A DNA stretch of 64,000 nucleotides from Candidatus Woesearchaeota archaeon (GTDB lineage: Archaea; Nanobdellota; Nanobdellia; Woesearchaeales; GW2011-AR4), in the NCBI GenBank assembly GCA_016188245.1, contig JACPIE010000019.1, forward strand, positions 1,442-65,441. The letters run 5' to 3'. Every line of letters starts with the position of its first letter. Positions within the stretch are counted from its first letter, which is position 1. Below the pieces are notes generated by a model. That model had not been told where the DNA came from. It was given only the letters and a program-made list of their open reading frames with translations, and did no database searches. The position numbers and the translations under genes were made by a program. This document shows, one piece after another, positions 35,437-44,696 of this stretch.

Positions 35437-36961
35437 TGGCTATCAGCAAATTGTACTGCGACAATGCAGGCTGCCTGCTTGCCTTATCAAAAATGAAGTA
35501 GTCAAAGGAGCAGACATCAGCAAAATTCTGCCAAACCCATTCATCCAAGTTATCCCTCTGGTGCAGGCCTATTTTTAAAAATGATTTCATGTACGGCATT
35601 CCGGCTCCGTGGTCGGCAGGAACTTCGATTTCATATATCTTTTTTATTGTCCTGTTCTGCAGTGATGCAGCATAGGATCTGGGAACAATCTGGGCGTGAA
35701 CTCTCTTTGAATTGCGCAGTATGGCGTCTTGGTCATAAACATCACCATAAAAGAAAAACAGCTTCGCGTCTTTTGGGGTGTTCTGGCCCAGCCATTGGAA
35801 AGCATTCCAGTGCCAAGAGTCCATTAGCCCCTGTGTGGAAATTTTATATGAGGTCGGAACATAAGGCAGATGAACCATGTTGGACAGCACCATCAAAAAC
35901 AGTATTCCTGTGATGAAAACAGAAACTGCCCTTAATTTTGCAGGCAGCAGTTTGATAAGCATGTAAATCCCAAGGCCAAAGAAGAAAGAGAAGTAAACTG
36001 GCCACAGCAATCTTGGCTGGAAGGCCCTCAGCCCAAATCCGATATAATTAGTATACCCAATGCCGAGCATATACAGTCCCGCTATAACCGGAGCATCAAA
36101 TTTCTTAAACATGATTAATGACGCAGCCGCTCCAAGCGCCAAAAAAATCAACAGCAGCTTAAAATCGCTCAAGTATAAGATGGGTGTCCCTCCCCAGTCA
36201 TTTGACACCTCGAATTGGTAAGGATTTATAACCATGAAGCTGTTCATAAAGATATAGAGGCTGTAAAAAGCGATTGCCACGGAAATAATTCCCGCTATGA
36301 GAATTTTTTTTAAAATAGCAATGCCGAATTTTTTGCAAAATAGCAAATATGAAGTGTAAATGATTATAAATCCCATGGAGTATATCAGCTCTGAAGTATG
36401 TGATAATCCCAACGCCCCTATGAATGCACCAAGCATGATTTCTGTCTTGTCAATATCTATCCTGCTCATCGCCCAAAATATGCAGACAAGAAACAACTGC
36501 CCGGTTATAGAAGCCCAATGCCCCCATAAAAATCCGATATAGGACTTGTTTGAAAATAGGAGTATGGATAAAGGCAGAGAAAGCAGAGCTATTTGCTTTG
36601 AAAAGTTTCGGATTAAGATATACATCACAAATGCCGACAATATTGCATTGAAAAACACCATAAAATATATTGTGTCATAAAGGGGAATTCCTGAGGAAAA
36701 ATGCAGCAGAATGCCTAAATGGTGCAGCACAGGGGGATAATACCCTACAACATCTTTATACCCTTTAACTATGTAATAAGGCTCAAGCCTGTAGTTGCCT
36801 GCGTCCTTGATGCCTTCAGCCCTGGTTTGCTGCTGGAAAGTGTCAGAAGCCAGGTAACTGTACGGAAATTCATGCTGCAGCCTGTAGCCCCACAGGCTGG
36901 AGATGCCAAGGAACAGCAGTGCACCGAAAACAATCGCCAAATATGGTTTTTCTGGATTCAT
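35330..36961 (-). CDS. Large polytopic membrane protein, candidate GT-C-fold glycosyltransferase (paralogue of 33039-34637)
   Basis: The 543-aa ORF has FPYSYLASDTFQQQTRAEGI in the first loop and GYYPPVLHHLG (compare LWYPPTFHASL in the paralogue). TM topology and the C-terminal soluble domain are similar. Confidence 0.5.
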   Translation of the reverse strand: MNPEKPYLAIVFGALLFLGISSLWGYRLQHEFPYSYLASDTFQQQTRAEGIKDAGNYRLEPYYIVKGYKDVVGYYPPVLHHLGILLHFSSGIPLYDTIYFMVFFNAILSAFVMYILIRNFSKQIALLSLPLSILLFSNKSYIGFLWGHWASITGQLFLVCIFWAMSRIDIDKTEIMLGAFIGALGLSHTSELIYSMGFIIIYTSYLLFCKKFGIAILKKILIAGIISVAIAFYSLYIFMNSFMVINPYQFEVSNDWGGTPILYLSDFKLLLIFLALGAAASLIMFKKFDAPVIAGLYMLGIGYTNYIGFGLRAFQPRLLWPVYFSFFFGLGIYMLIKLLPAKLRAVSVFITGILFLMVLSNMVHLPYVPTSYKISTQGLMDSWHWNAFQWLGQNTPKDAKLFFFYGDVYDQDAILRNSKRVHAQIVPRSYAASLQNRTIKKIYEIEVPADHGAGMPYMKSFLKIGLHQRDNLDEWVWQNFADVCSFDYFIFDKASRQPALSQYNLLIANEMLKNGAANVFENDVVVILKNGATGGDCIEERNF

Positions 36962-37007
36962 TTCTTAATCAAATTACACCGACAATTAGTAAAATGTAAA
37001 TGTATTA

Positions 37008-37922
37008 TTACATTTTTCTGGCGTACATTGTCATTTTATAATATGGGTTAACATAAATTCTTTTGTTGTTTAGGCCAAGGGCATTTGAAACTTTTCCTAT
37101 TGCAGTAAATATATTTTTGTTGTAAAGCTTCCCCCTCTTAACCAGCATGCTAACTGAAAAAAATCTGCCTGCGCTTTCTGTTTTAAGCAACTCAAAATTA
37201 AGAGACTCAAGCATTTTTTTTAATGTGTCCTCGGAAAAGAAATAGATATGCTCCCTGACCCGTTTTACTTCTTCCCAATTTTTCCCCAAAAGCCTTGCAG
37301 CTATGCTGCCTATGTTCGGAGTGGTTATGGCAAGCAGGCCATTCGGCTTTAAAATTTTTCTTATTTCCTTTAGCATAGATTTTGGATCCGGCAAATGCTC
37401 AATAACATCAAATATTGTTACAGCATCAAAGCTATTTTGCTTAAACTCCGCTTTTTCAAGCGTTTTATTAAACACAGGCAATTTTAGCACATTTTTTGCA
37501 TATTTGTAAGCATGCTCGGATATTTCAATTCCTTTGGCATCCCATCCGTCATCTCTTGCCAGCTCCAAAAAAAATCCAAATGCGCATCCAATATCCAAGA
37601 GGCGGCCTTTCCTGCACAGCTTGTTTATTCTTTTCAGGCGCCTGCTGAAAGTTGCCCGTATGTCCTCTTTTTCTTCAATATACCCTTCGTACCCATAAAA
37701 TGGCAGTTCGCTTCCATTGAATGCCTGATTGTTAAAGTACCCTTCGTTGTATATCTGGTGCAGTTTGTTTTCTTTTAACCTTGGATTGACATATATTAAG
37801 CCGCACTTTTTGCATTTCACTATATTGAACCCATTAACCTCCATAATTTTCTTTGAAGAATCAGAATTGCACAGATTACAGCTCACAAATTCCCAGATAT
37901 CTCCTTTTTCAGCAGCCTCCAT
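37008..37922 (-). CDS. Class I SAM-dependent methyltransferase with an N-terminal Zn-ribbon
   Basis: It has CNLCNS...CKKCGLIYVNP followed by LLDIGCAFGFF (motif I). Its start overlaps the upstream YfhO-like gene by 40 nt. Confidence 0.8.
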   Translation of the reverse strand: MEAAEKGDIWEFVSCNLCNSDSSKKIMEVNGFNIVKCKKCGLIYVNPRLKENKLHQIYNEGYFNNQAFNGSELPFYGYEGYIEEKEDIRATFSRRLKRINKLCRKGRLLDIGCAFGFFLELARDDGWDAKGIEISEHAYKYAKNVLKLPVFNKTLEKAEFKQNSFDAVTIFDVIEHLPDPKSMLKEIRKILKPNGLLAITTPNIGSIAARLLGKNWEEVKRVREHIYFFSEDTLKKMLESLNFELLKTESAGRFFSVSMLVKRGKLYNKNIFTAIGKVSNALGLNNKRIYVNPYYKMTMYARKM

Positions 37923-40189
37923 TTTCTTACAAGGAGAGATAGTGCATATATAAATATTATCAATAAGGTGGACAATGATATTGCCAAGCCCCTGATAAAT
38001 GATTTTGGCAAATACTTGAATCTGACAGCTGCTGTAGAATCCACGTGCACTGCGCTTATTATCCCGTCTGCCTTTAGGATATTCAGTTGCCTTCCTCCAG
38101 ACTCTGCATTCCAGTCCTCAAATCCGGAAAATCTCTCGCTGACAACCAAAAGCCCTTTATTTTTAGGCATCAGCTCTATCTCATTTTGAGATATTGTTTT
38201 TGAATCCACTTCAATTAAATCCCCCTTGAATGTGCTGAGCAGAGTTTCTATTTCTGAAGTTTCTATTGTATTCTTATTTTCCAGCACATCCGGAAAAATT
38301 TTTCCCCCGGAACTCTTGTAATTCTGCAGCAATTGATACGAATTTTGGTCTATAGAACTGCCTAACAGCACTATTGCATCAAATTTTTTAAGAAAATCAA
38401 TATCATAACTGTCCAGTTTTCCATATTTTCCCTGGATTACGGCAGTAGTTTTTGGGTTGAAATTCTTGTTCAGTAAAATCCCATAAGCAAGCTGCTGTGC
38501 CTGATTGCCGTCTCCGACAATCAAGACAGAATTGCTAACAAAATAATATCTTGGCAGGAAATCTTCATTTTCATACAGATACGGGCCGTCTATCCAGTAT
38601 GTCCATCCGGATTCATTGCACGGAATGCATTCCTCAAATTTTTTTGCAAGCTTGAACCCTGGAGCATCTGCCATTTCCGCTGATGTCGCGTATTTTAGGT
38701 TCAGCAATCCGAGCAATTTTGACGCATTGTAATTTCTGGCAATTGCCGTATATGTTGTGAAGTCATTAAACCATACGCCTCCGCCTCCAGAAATAGTTTC
38801 AAGCCCGTATTGCGCATAATAGCTGCTGCCGTAGAAAGATACTTCATCTGTTACATCGAAAGTCGTAATCCGAAATTTCCCGTTTTGCTGCTGCAGGTAT
38901 TTGGCAAGCTCATTCTGTTCAAGCTGGTCCTTTATGTTGAATCCGGCTGGCAGGCCTTTTACCGCGACAAGCTCGCCCAAAATCAGGAACAAAATCACAG
39001 CAAACAAAATGATTTTTGTTTTATCAGAAATGGAAAATTTTCTTTTTAATAGTTCTGCAGTCAAGTTAAATCCATAGCCGCTCAATATAGAGACTGCGAA
39101 AACAAAGATGAATAAAGATCTCCCAACATGCCTTGTCTGAGAAAATACAGGCACATAATCATAAAATAATTTTGCAATAAAGCCGCCGCTGCCCAGAAAT
39201 AGTATAAAAATGGAGGTTAAGATGAGGAAAAGAACCATCCTTTTCTTCCATAAGGCCAGTGAAGCAAGCGAAAGCATAAATGATGTAATTCCGATATAAA
39301 CGCCTGAATAAGGCTTGTTAAACACCATTATCTTGAAAAAATCCCGGAAAACAAAATGGTCTTCTCCGGCATATTCCTGGTAAGAGACTCCGGATGCCCT
39401 GTTTGTTTTTTTTATAAAGTCAAATCCCGGCAGCAGCTTGGCCGCAGCAACGCCAAAGAAAACAATTGACATCACGGCGCCAATGATTAATAATCTTATT
39501 AAATTGGATTTAAAATTCCGGCTTACAATGCCTGAACCAAAATACAGGCCGATTAACAGAACTGTATAAACAAATATCTGCGCCCCTCCTGAGAATATCT
39601 GGAAGGCAAGCAAGATACCTGCCAGAATTGAATAATTAACAGGATTGTTTGCGCTTCTAGCCTTCAAGACACACAAAAAAATCAACGGCATGAGAGAATA
39701 CGGCTCTAAAATGCTTGGGTTTCCGCCTGTTATAAATCCGTATATCATCCCATTAAACATAAAGACAGTTGCAGAAATAAACGCAGCAGTTCTTGAACCT
39801 ATTAGGTGCTTTGCCAATAGATACATCCCCAGGCCCCCAACAAAAAAATAAGCCAAAGTTGAAAGGTTTATTGCCAAAAATATATTCCTGAACAGTATCA
39901 TGAATATGTGAGTTAGATTAAGGAAGAAAACCTGGCTGTCTCCGAAGAGTGGCTGGCCGCTGTACCAGTACGGCGTCCAGAAAGGCAAAGTTCCATGCTC
40001 AAAAGCAGCCTTATAATTGTAAGTAAAAAAGGTCTGCTCATGCAGATAGTGCCCGTTATTCATGAGCTTTTCAGCGCTTATGATATCTTTAAAGAAAAGC
40101 ACAGAAAGCAAAAATATGGCAATGACTGCCAAAATGTCTTTTTTACTGCTTATTATTTTATTTTTGATTTCAAACTTAATTTCAATCAC
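37883..40189 (-). CDS. YfhO-like polytopic membrane glycosyltransferase (GT-C)
   Basis: The 768-aa ORF has an N-terminal GTLPFWTPYWYSGQPLFGDSQ motif typical of the YfhO family, many TM helices, a large extracytoplasmic domain and a terminal TM helix. Confidence 0.65.
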   Translation of the reverse strand: MIEIKFEIKNKIISSKKDILAVIAIFLLSVLFFKDIISAEKLMNNGHYLHEQTFFTYNYKAAFEHGTLPFWTPYWYSGQPLFGDSQVFFLNLTHIFMILFRNIFLAINLSTLAYFFVGGLGMYLLAKHLIGSRTAAFISATVFMFNGMIYGFITGGNPSILEPYSLMPLIFLCVLKARSANNPVNYSILAGILLAFQIFSGGAQIFVYTVLLIGLYFGSGIVSRNFKSNLIRLLIIGAVMSIVFFGVAAAKLLPGFDFIKKTNRASGVSYQEYAGEDHFVFRDFFKIMVFNKPYSGVYIGITSFMLSLASLALWKKRMVLFLILTSIFILFLGSGGFIAKLFYDYVPVFSQTRHVGRSLFIFVFAVSILSGYGFNLTAELLKRKFSISDKTKIILFAVILFLILGELVAVKGLPAGFNIKDQLEQNELAKYLQQQNGKFRITTFDVTDEVSFYGSSYYAQYGLETISGGGGVWFNDFTTYTAIARNYNASKLLGLLNLKYATSAEMADAPGFKLAKKFEECIPCNESGWTYWIDGPYLYENEDFLPRYYFVSNSVLIVGDGNQAQQLAYGILLNKNFNPKTTAVIQGKYGKLDSYDIDFLKKFDAIVLLGSSIDQNSYQLLQNYKSSGGKIFPDVLENKNTIETSEIETLLSTFKGDLIEVDSKTISQNEIELMPKNKGLLVVSERFSGFEDWNAESGGRQLNILKADGIISAVHVDSTAAVRFKYLPKSFIRGLAISLSTLLIIFIYALSLLVRKWRLLKKEISGNL

Positions 40190-40410
40190 CAGCTATGAAC
40201 GAGGTATGGGTTAAATTTATTAAGGTTATTGGTTTGAGATGGAGGGTTGGTGATAATGTACCTAAAGGCTATGTCGATAGTGGGGGCTCTGGAGGAAGCG
40301 GAGGAGGCGGTGGCTCTAGTGAAAGTTCCTCAGGGGGTGGAACAATAATTCCTTGTAACTTAAATTGCGGCAAATTACTTTGGTAAAAAATTTAAGGAAG
40401 GTGAATATAA

Positions 40411-40665
40411 ATGATAAAATCAGAACTAAAATCTGGAAAATTTGTATCGAAACCATCAAAAAAAAATAATTTTAAAAGATTGGCATTAAAACCAACAAAT
40501 CAGGAAAGATTTAAATTCAGAATCGTAACCTTATTAAGTATAGTTGTATTTGGTTTGTGGTATATTATAATTAATGAAAAATTTTTTACTATTGAAAATT
40601 TTTTCATTTTAGGAATAATCATATTAGCGGTACTAGGATCCATCCATTATTATAGAAGATTATGA
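40411..40665 (+). CDS. Small two-TM membrane protein, unknown function
   Basis: The 84-aa ORF has a basic N terminus followed by two hydrophobic helices. It is preceded by an AAGGAAGGTGA SD-like sequence. Confidence 0.4.
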   Translation: MIKSELKSGKFVSKPSKKNNFKRLALKPTNQERFKFRIVTLLSIVVFGLWYIIINEKFFTIENFFILGIIILAVLGSIHYYRRL

Positions 40666-40781
40666 ATAATTCCTTAATTCAGAAAAAAAAGCCTACCAAT
40701 CCAAGATTGCACTACAGCCTTTGCAGACCACTATAATCTTGAACTATGGAATTGGAAATGAATTTTTATATTTAAAAAACA

Positions 40782-40789
40782 TTTTTATA
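40782..40789 (+). promoter_or_regulatory. TATA box (TTTTTATA) for the RelE-like gene
   Basis: The box centre lies about 26 nt upstream of ATG 40812. Confidence 0.45.
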
Positions 40790-40811
40790 CAAGTAACACC
40801 CTTTTTTTCAT

Positions 40812-41075
40812 ATGCATAAGTTTACAGCCAGAAGCAAGAAAGCTGAAAAGCAATTCTATGAAATTCTCAATTCTAGAGAAGGTATTCGTGCAAAACTTGA
40901 AAAACTTAAAACCGACCCGCGAAGGGAATTAGATGCACATAAACTAAAGGGCAAATTGGAAGGCAAATGGAGTTGCTCTTTAGGCTATGATATAAGGATG
41001 GTTTACGAAATTGACGACCAGAATAAAGAAATAGTGGTTGTGGCAGTTGGCTCGCACAAAGATGCTTATGGTTAA
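40812..41075 (+). CDS. RelE/ParE-superfamily type II toxin
   Basis: The 87-aa ORF contains KLEKLKTDPRRELDAHKLKGKLEGKWSCSLGYDIRMVYEIDDQNKEIVVVAVGSHKDAY. This fits the family pattern (..P....kLkg.l.g.ws.rig.dyRiiY.id.....i.v..ig.Rkd.Y). Confidence 0.75.
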   Translation: MHKFTARSKKAEKQFYEILNSREGIRAKLEKLKTDPRRELDAHKLKGKLEGKWSCSLGYDIRMVYEIDDQNKEIVVVAVGSHKDAYG

Positions 41076-41224
41076 ATCTTAAGCTTCCAAGTTCTTACGC
41101 CTTTATTCTTTTCTTCGTCACTTTCTCTTATAGCATCCATCATCTCTCTGTTTCTCAAAATACCAACTTCTTCAAGAAGTTCCTCGTACTCACTTTTTGG
41201 TATAGTCACAGTTTCTTGTTTCAT
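41072..41224 (-). CDS. Antitoxin-like small protein (50 aa), convergent with the RelE-like gene
   Basis: Hand translation gives MKQETVTIPKSEYEELLEEVGILRNREMMDAIRESDEEKNKGVRTWKLKI. This resembles archaeal Phd/RelB-type antitoxins (..IPkeeYeeLle.lEil.d.e....i.e...d...G). A TATA-like box at 41246-41253 lies about 25 nt upstream. Its stop codon overlaps the RelE stop codon. Confidence 0.45.
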   Translation of the reverse strand: MKQETVTIPKSEYEELLEEVGILRNREMMDAIRESDEEKNKGVRTWKLKI

Positions 41225-41281
41225 ACTATCATTTAGCACTGTCACTTAATAAATTTTTTGGTTTTTGTTAACGTATCTAAT

Positions 41282-42751
41282 TCACAAATACTCAATTCCT
41301 CTTGACTTTTCTTCCCATAATCCCAGTGCCTCATGGGCCCACTTGAATGGCTTGTCTCCTTTTTTCATTAACCCTGCCAGTATTGAAATGTTTTTTTTGC
41401 CTGCGCTGTTTCCATACAGTTTTCTGCCGTTTTCCATTGTTTTAATTAAGTCTTCATTTTTTATTATGTGGCTGACAAGATTCACCATGTAGTCGCCGCT
41501 TATAGGCGGCACAATCACATTGCTCTTTGCATCAAAGACAGTTTCAGGCCTGTCCGTGCTGAGCCTACAGGTTAAGCAGGCCTTTCCGATTAAGTTAAGC
41601 TCTTCCTGGACTCCTCCGGAATCTGTCAAGGCGGCCAGGCAGTTTTTTGACTCAAAAAATTCCACAACATTGGCGTATTCCGGCCATACATTTGTGTGGA
41701 GGAAATTTTTATATTTTTTCAGCTTATTCAGGGACTCCCTTAGCTTGTAGAAATCAAGGGCGCTCCTCGTTGCACTCATTTCGATAAAGTTTATCTTATT
41801 CCCCTTTTTCACAAGGCTTTCTATGCAGTTAATTATAGACCTGAATCTTGTCGGGGTTAAGTTCTCCCTCCTGTGTATGTCCACCCTTATCCACCCTTCG
41901 TTTTCCAGCTGAGGGTAAATGTCAAAAATGCTCTTTTCGGATTTTTCCTTTCTTTTAAGTTCAAGGGCATCCACTACTACACCACCTGTAACCCAGATGT
42001 TACTTTCAGGGTAGCCTTCCCTTAACAGATGCTCTTTGTTGAGATTTACTGGTGCAAAAAGATATTCGCTTCCAGCCGCAGAAGTATACGTGTCCCATTG
42101 CTCCGGAAACGGCTCGTTCCTGAGCAAAATCCATTTGCCATAAAATTGCTGGTCGATGAATGTATGAATATCCACGCTTTTGTACCTCTTCATCACTTCC
42201 GGAGCCATAGATCTCAAGCCGGCTTCAAACTGCGCAGCCTTTTCAATCCTGGAAAACATCCACGCTGCAGGCACTATTGCTGTCATTATTGTGTCTCCCA
42301 GCACAACAGGCACAACAGTTACTGTAGGCCAATTTTTCTTGAGATGCCTTGCAAACCAGCTTACTTTTATCATAAGCTCGGCTGATTTCTGCGCCAAATC
42401 CCCCCGTATGGCAAGATTGCATGCAACATTCCCTTTCAGATTGAATTCTGTAAGCCCATGCGTTAGCACATCATCATAATGCTGGTTGGAGTTTATTACG
42501 AAATTAGGCATGCCTAATTTATTTGCAGCAGCTATGGAGCCGTAAAACTTGTAGAAGCACGGCTTTGTGCCTATCACAAAAGCCAAGACCCATTTTTTCT
42601 CTTTCTTGGCTTTTTCCATCACGGAATTTATAAGCCGCTTGTTCAAATTTAAAGGGAGTATTTTGGGCAAAAAATTTTCCGTTTCCTCGGCCTTGCTGCC
42701 GAACATGGACTCATAAGCGCCGGTTATCGGAAAAGTTTTTTGATTGCTCAT
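41282..42751 (-). CDS. UDP-N-acetylglucosamine 2-epimerase-family protein, long atypical form
   Basis: The motifs FVIGTKPCFYKF, NSNQHYDD, VVLGDTIMTA, FEAGLRS and LTDSGGVQEE follow the WecB motif order. The protein carries N- and C-terminal extensions (489 aa). Confidence 0.65.
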   Translation of the reverse strand: MSNQKTFPITGAYESMFGSKAEETENFLPKILPLNLNKRLINSVMEKAKKEKKWVLAFVIGTKPCFYKFYGSIAAANKLGMPNFVINSNQHYDDVLTHGLTEFNLKGNVACNLAIRGDLAQKSAELMIKVSWFARHLKKNWPTVTVVPVVLGDTIMTAIVPAAWMFSRIEKAAQFEAGLRSMAPEVMKRYKSVDIHTFIDQQFYGKWILLRNEPFPEQWDTYTSAAGSEYLFAPVNLNKEHLLREGYPESNIWVTGGVVVDALELKRKEKSEKSIFDIYPQLENEGWIRVDIHRRENLTPTRFRSIINCIESLVKKGNKINFIEMSATRSALDFYKLRESLNKLKKYKNFLHTNVWPEYANVVEFFESKNCLAALTDSGGVQEELNLIGKACLTCRLSTDRPETVFDAKSNVIVPPISGDYMVNLVSHIIKNEDLIKTMENGRKLYGNSAGKKNISILAGLMKKGDKPFKWAHEALGLWEEKSRGIEYL

Positions 42752-43473
42752 TTTCTGTTCAAATCCCTGTAAAGCAGCACAATTTCTTTTAATATGCTGC
42801 TGACAACTTTAGGCCTTGGCAAATTTAAAAATCCGCCTTCAAAAACAGGCTGGCCGAATTTCCTTGGGTAGTGGCTAACCCCAATCTCTTTTATCCTAAA
42901 TTCTTTTTTTCGGGCTTTGGCCAGAAGCTCTGTTGTTGCCACTCCTGTGCGGCATACTAAACTGATATTGTTTATAACTCTTTTGCTGACCAGCCTGAAT
43001 GCGCAATCCAAGTCTCTCTCTTTTGTTTTGAATAGAAGCCGCATCATTGCATTATAAATTTTTGATATTAAAATTCTTGACGTTGGATCCTGCCTTTTTA
43101 TCCTGTAGCCGGCAATAATATCATAGTTTTTGATGTATGGCAGGAATTTCCTGAAGTCCTTCAAATCAAACTGGTTGTCGGAGTCGGCATAAAAAATATA
43201 CGGAAACTTTGCATTTCTGAATCCCATTATTTTTGCGTATCCGACCCCTTTTTTATCCTTAGGCTGTATCAGCAGCTTTATATTTTTATTTTTTTTTGAA
43301 AATTCTTTGACAATGCCTGCCGTTCCGTCATTGGAGCCTTCATAGACCACAACCAGAATTTCGTATTCATTTGCAGCTTCCCTGAGGATTTTTACTGCAG
43401 AGCTTAAAAGCCGTGGGATATTCTCGGCCTCATTGTATGCCGGAAAAAACATTGTTATATTCGGCTTCTGCAT
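42748..43473 (-). CDS. GT2-family glycosyltransferase
   Basis: It has ITMFFPAYNEAENI, GSNDGT, KKGVGYAK and YADSDNQFD (DxD). Confidence 0.85.
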   Translation of the reverse strand: MQKPNITMFFPAYNEAENIPRLLSSAVKILREAANEYEILVVVYEGSNDGTAGIVKEFSKKNKNIKLLIQPKDKKGVGYAKIMGFRNAKFPYIFYADSDNQFDLKDFRKFLPYIKNYDIIAGYRIKRQDPTSRILISKIYNAMMRLLFKTKERDLDCAFRLVSKRVINNISLVCRTGVATTELLAKARKKEFRIKEIGVSHYPRKFGQPVFEGGFLNLPRPKVVSSILKEIVLLYRDLNRK

Positions 43474-43474
43474 T

Positions 43475-44176
43475 TTAATCAGTGAAGCGGTATTTAATCA
43501 GATGGAAAACAGCCTTGACGCCGTCCACCCATGTTATTTTTTTGCCCTCTTCAAATTTTCTCCCTACAAAATCTATTGGAACTTCATGTATCTTGTACCC
43601 GCTTTTTATTATTTTAGCAGTTATCTCCGGCTCAAAATCAAACCGGTTTGCCCTTAGATTAATGCCTTTTATAACTTCTTTTCTGAAAACCTTGTAGCCC
43701 GTTTCCATATCGGTTATTTTTGTGCCGTATACCAGGTTTGTAATTCCGGTTAAAAAAAGATTACCGAAATAATGCAGCTTATACATATTTTTAATATCCT
43801 TTCTTATGGCGTCCAGCCTGGAGCCGTAAACCACTTTTGCGCTTCCATCAATTATGGGATTAACCAATTTGGGATATTCTTCCGGGTTGTACTCCAGGTC
43901 AGCATCTTGGATTAGGATTATGTCGCCGGTGGAATTATTAAGTCCAGTCCTTATTGCAGCGCCTTTTCCGGAATTCTTATTACATAAAATTATCTTTAAT
44001 GAACCATCATTGATACTTCTTAATATTCTTCTTGTGCTGTCTTTTGAGCAGTCATCTACTATGATAATCTCTTTTGATATGCCCTTTAATTGCACCTTTT
44101 TTACTTTTTCTATGACCTGTTTTATAGTCTTTTCTTCATTATAGGCTGGAATTATAATTGATAGCTTAACCATCAA
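43475..44176 (-). CDS. GT2-family glycosyltransferase (dolichyl-phosphate sugar synthase-like)
   Basis: It has LSIIIPAYNEEKTI, IIVDDCSKDST, KNSGKGAAIRTG and QDADLEYNP. It is a paralogue of 23031-23735. Confidence 0.85.
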   Translation of the reverse strand: MMVKLSIIIPAYNEEKTIKQVIEKVKKVQLKGISKEIIIVDDCSKDSTRRILRSINDGSLKIILCNKNSGKGAAIRTGLNNSTGDIILIQDADLEYNPEEYPKLVNPIIDGSAKVVYGSRLDAIRKDIKNMYKLHYFGNLFLTGITNLVYGTKITDMETGYKVFRKEVIKGINLRANRFDFEPEITAKIIKSGYKIHEVPIDFVGRKFEEGKKITWVDGVKAVFHLIKYRFTD

Positions 44177-44204
44177 CTATCAGAATTATAAAATATTTAA
44201 AAAA

Positions 44205-44696
44205 CTATTGATTTCCATATATTTTGATTATTCTGCTTATCAGCCCGGTTGTAGAATGCCCTTTCTCCGCTTTCGCAATCACAATCTTTCCGCCACTTTT
44301 TTCAACAGCACCCTTTTCTATGATCTGGCTTAATCTGTAGTCGCCAGCTTTCACATGGACATCTGGCTTTATTTTTTCAAGCCATACCATGGGGTTTTTT
44401 TCATCAAATAAAAAAACATAATCGACGCTTTCAAGCCCTGCAAGGACTCCAATTCGTGATTTTTCATCGTTAATCGGCCTTTTGTCGCCCTTGTTTGCCT
44501 TCACAGACTTGTCAGTGTTGACCCCCGCAATCAGAACATCTCCGAGTTTTTTTGCCCCTTCTAAATATTTAACATGCCCCAAATGCAGAATGTCAAAAAC
44601 TCCGTTTGTTGTAATTATTTTTTTATTCTGTTTTTTTAGTTTGTCAACTATTTTAATGAGTTCGTTTAATGTTTTGATTTTTTTACTGATTGCCAT
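44205..44696 (-). CDS. hldC: D-glycero-beta-D-manno-heptose-1-phosphate adenylyltransferase (RfaE domain II type)
   Basis: TNGVFDILHLGHVKYLEGAKKLGDVLIAGVNTDKSVKANKGDKRPINDEKSRIGVLAGLESVDYV closely matches the cytidylyltransferase-like RfaE-II signature. Confidence 0.8.
   Translation of the reverse strand: MAISKKIKTLNELIKIVDKLKKQNKKIITTNGVFDILHLGHVKYLEGAKKLGDVLIAGVNTDKSVKANKGDKRPINDEKSRIGVLAGLESVDYVFLFDEKNPMVWLEKIKPDVHVKAGDYRLSQIIEKGAVEKSGGKIVIAKAEKGHSTTGLISRIIKIYGNQ

Noticed and set aside
40195-40386. A 63-aa ORF with a Gly/Ser-rich tract (SGGSGGSGGGGGSSESSSGGG). It resembles the hinge of the large surface protein, so I considered a small secreted peptide or a relic of a surface-protein gene.
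   Set aside because: It starts 6 nt from the YfhO-like start codon and overlaps the region where that gene's TATA-like element must lie. It has no TATA or SD of its own and no signal peptide. The similarity is low-complexity only. It could be a relic, but I cannot support it as a gene.
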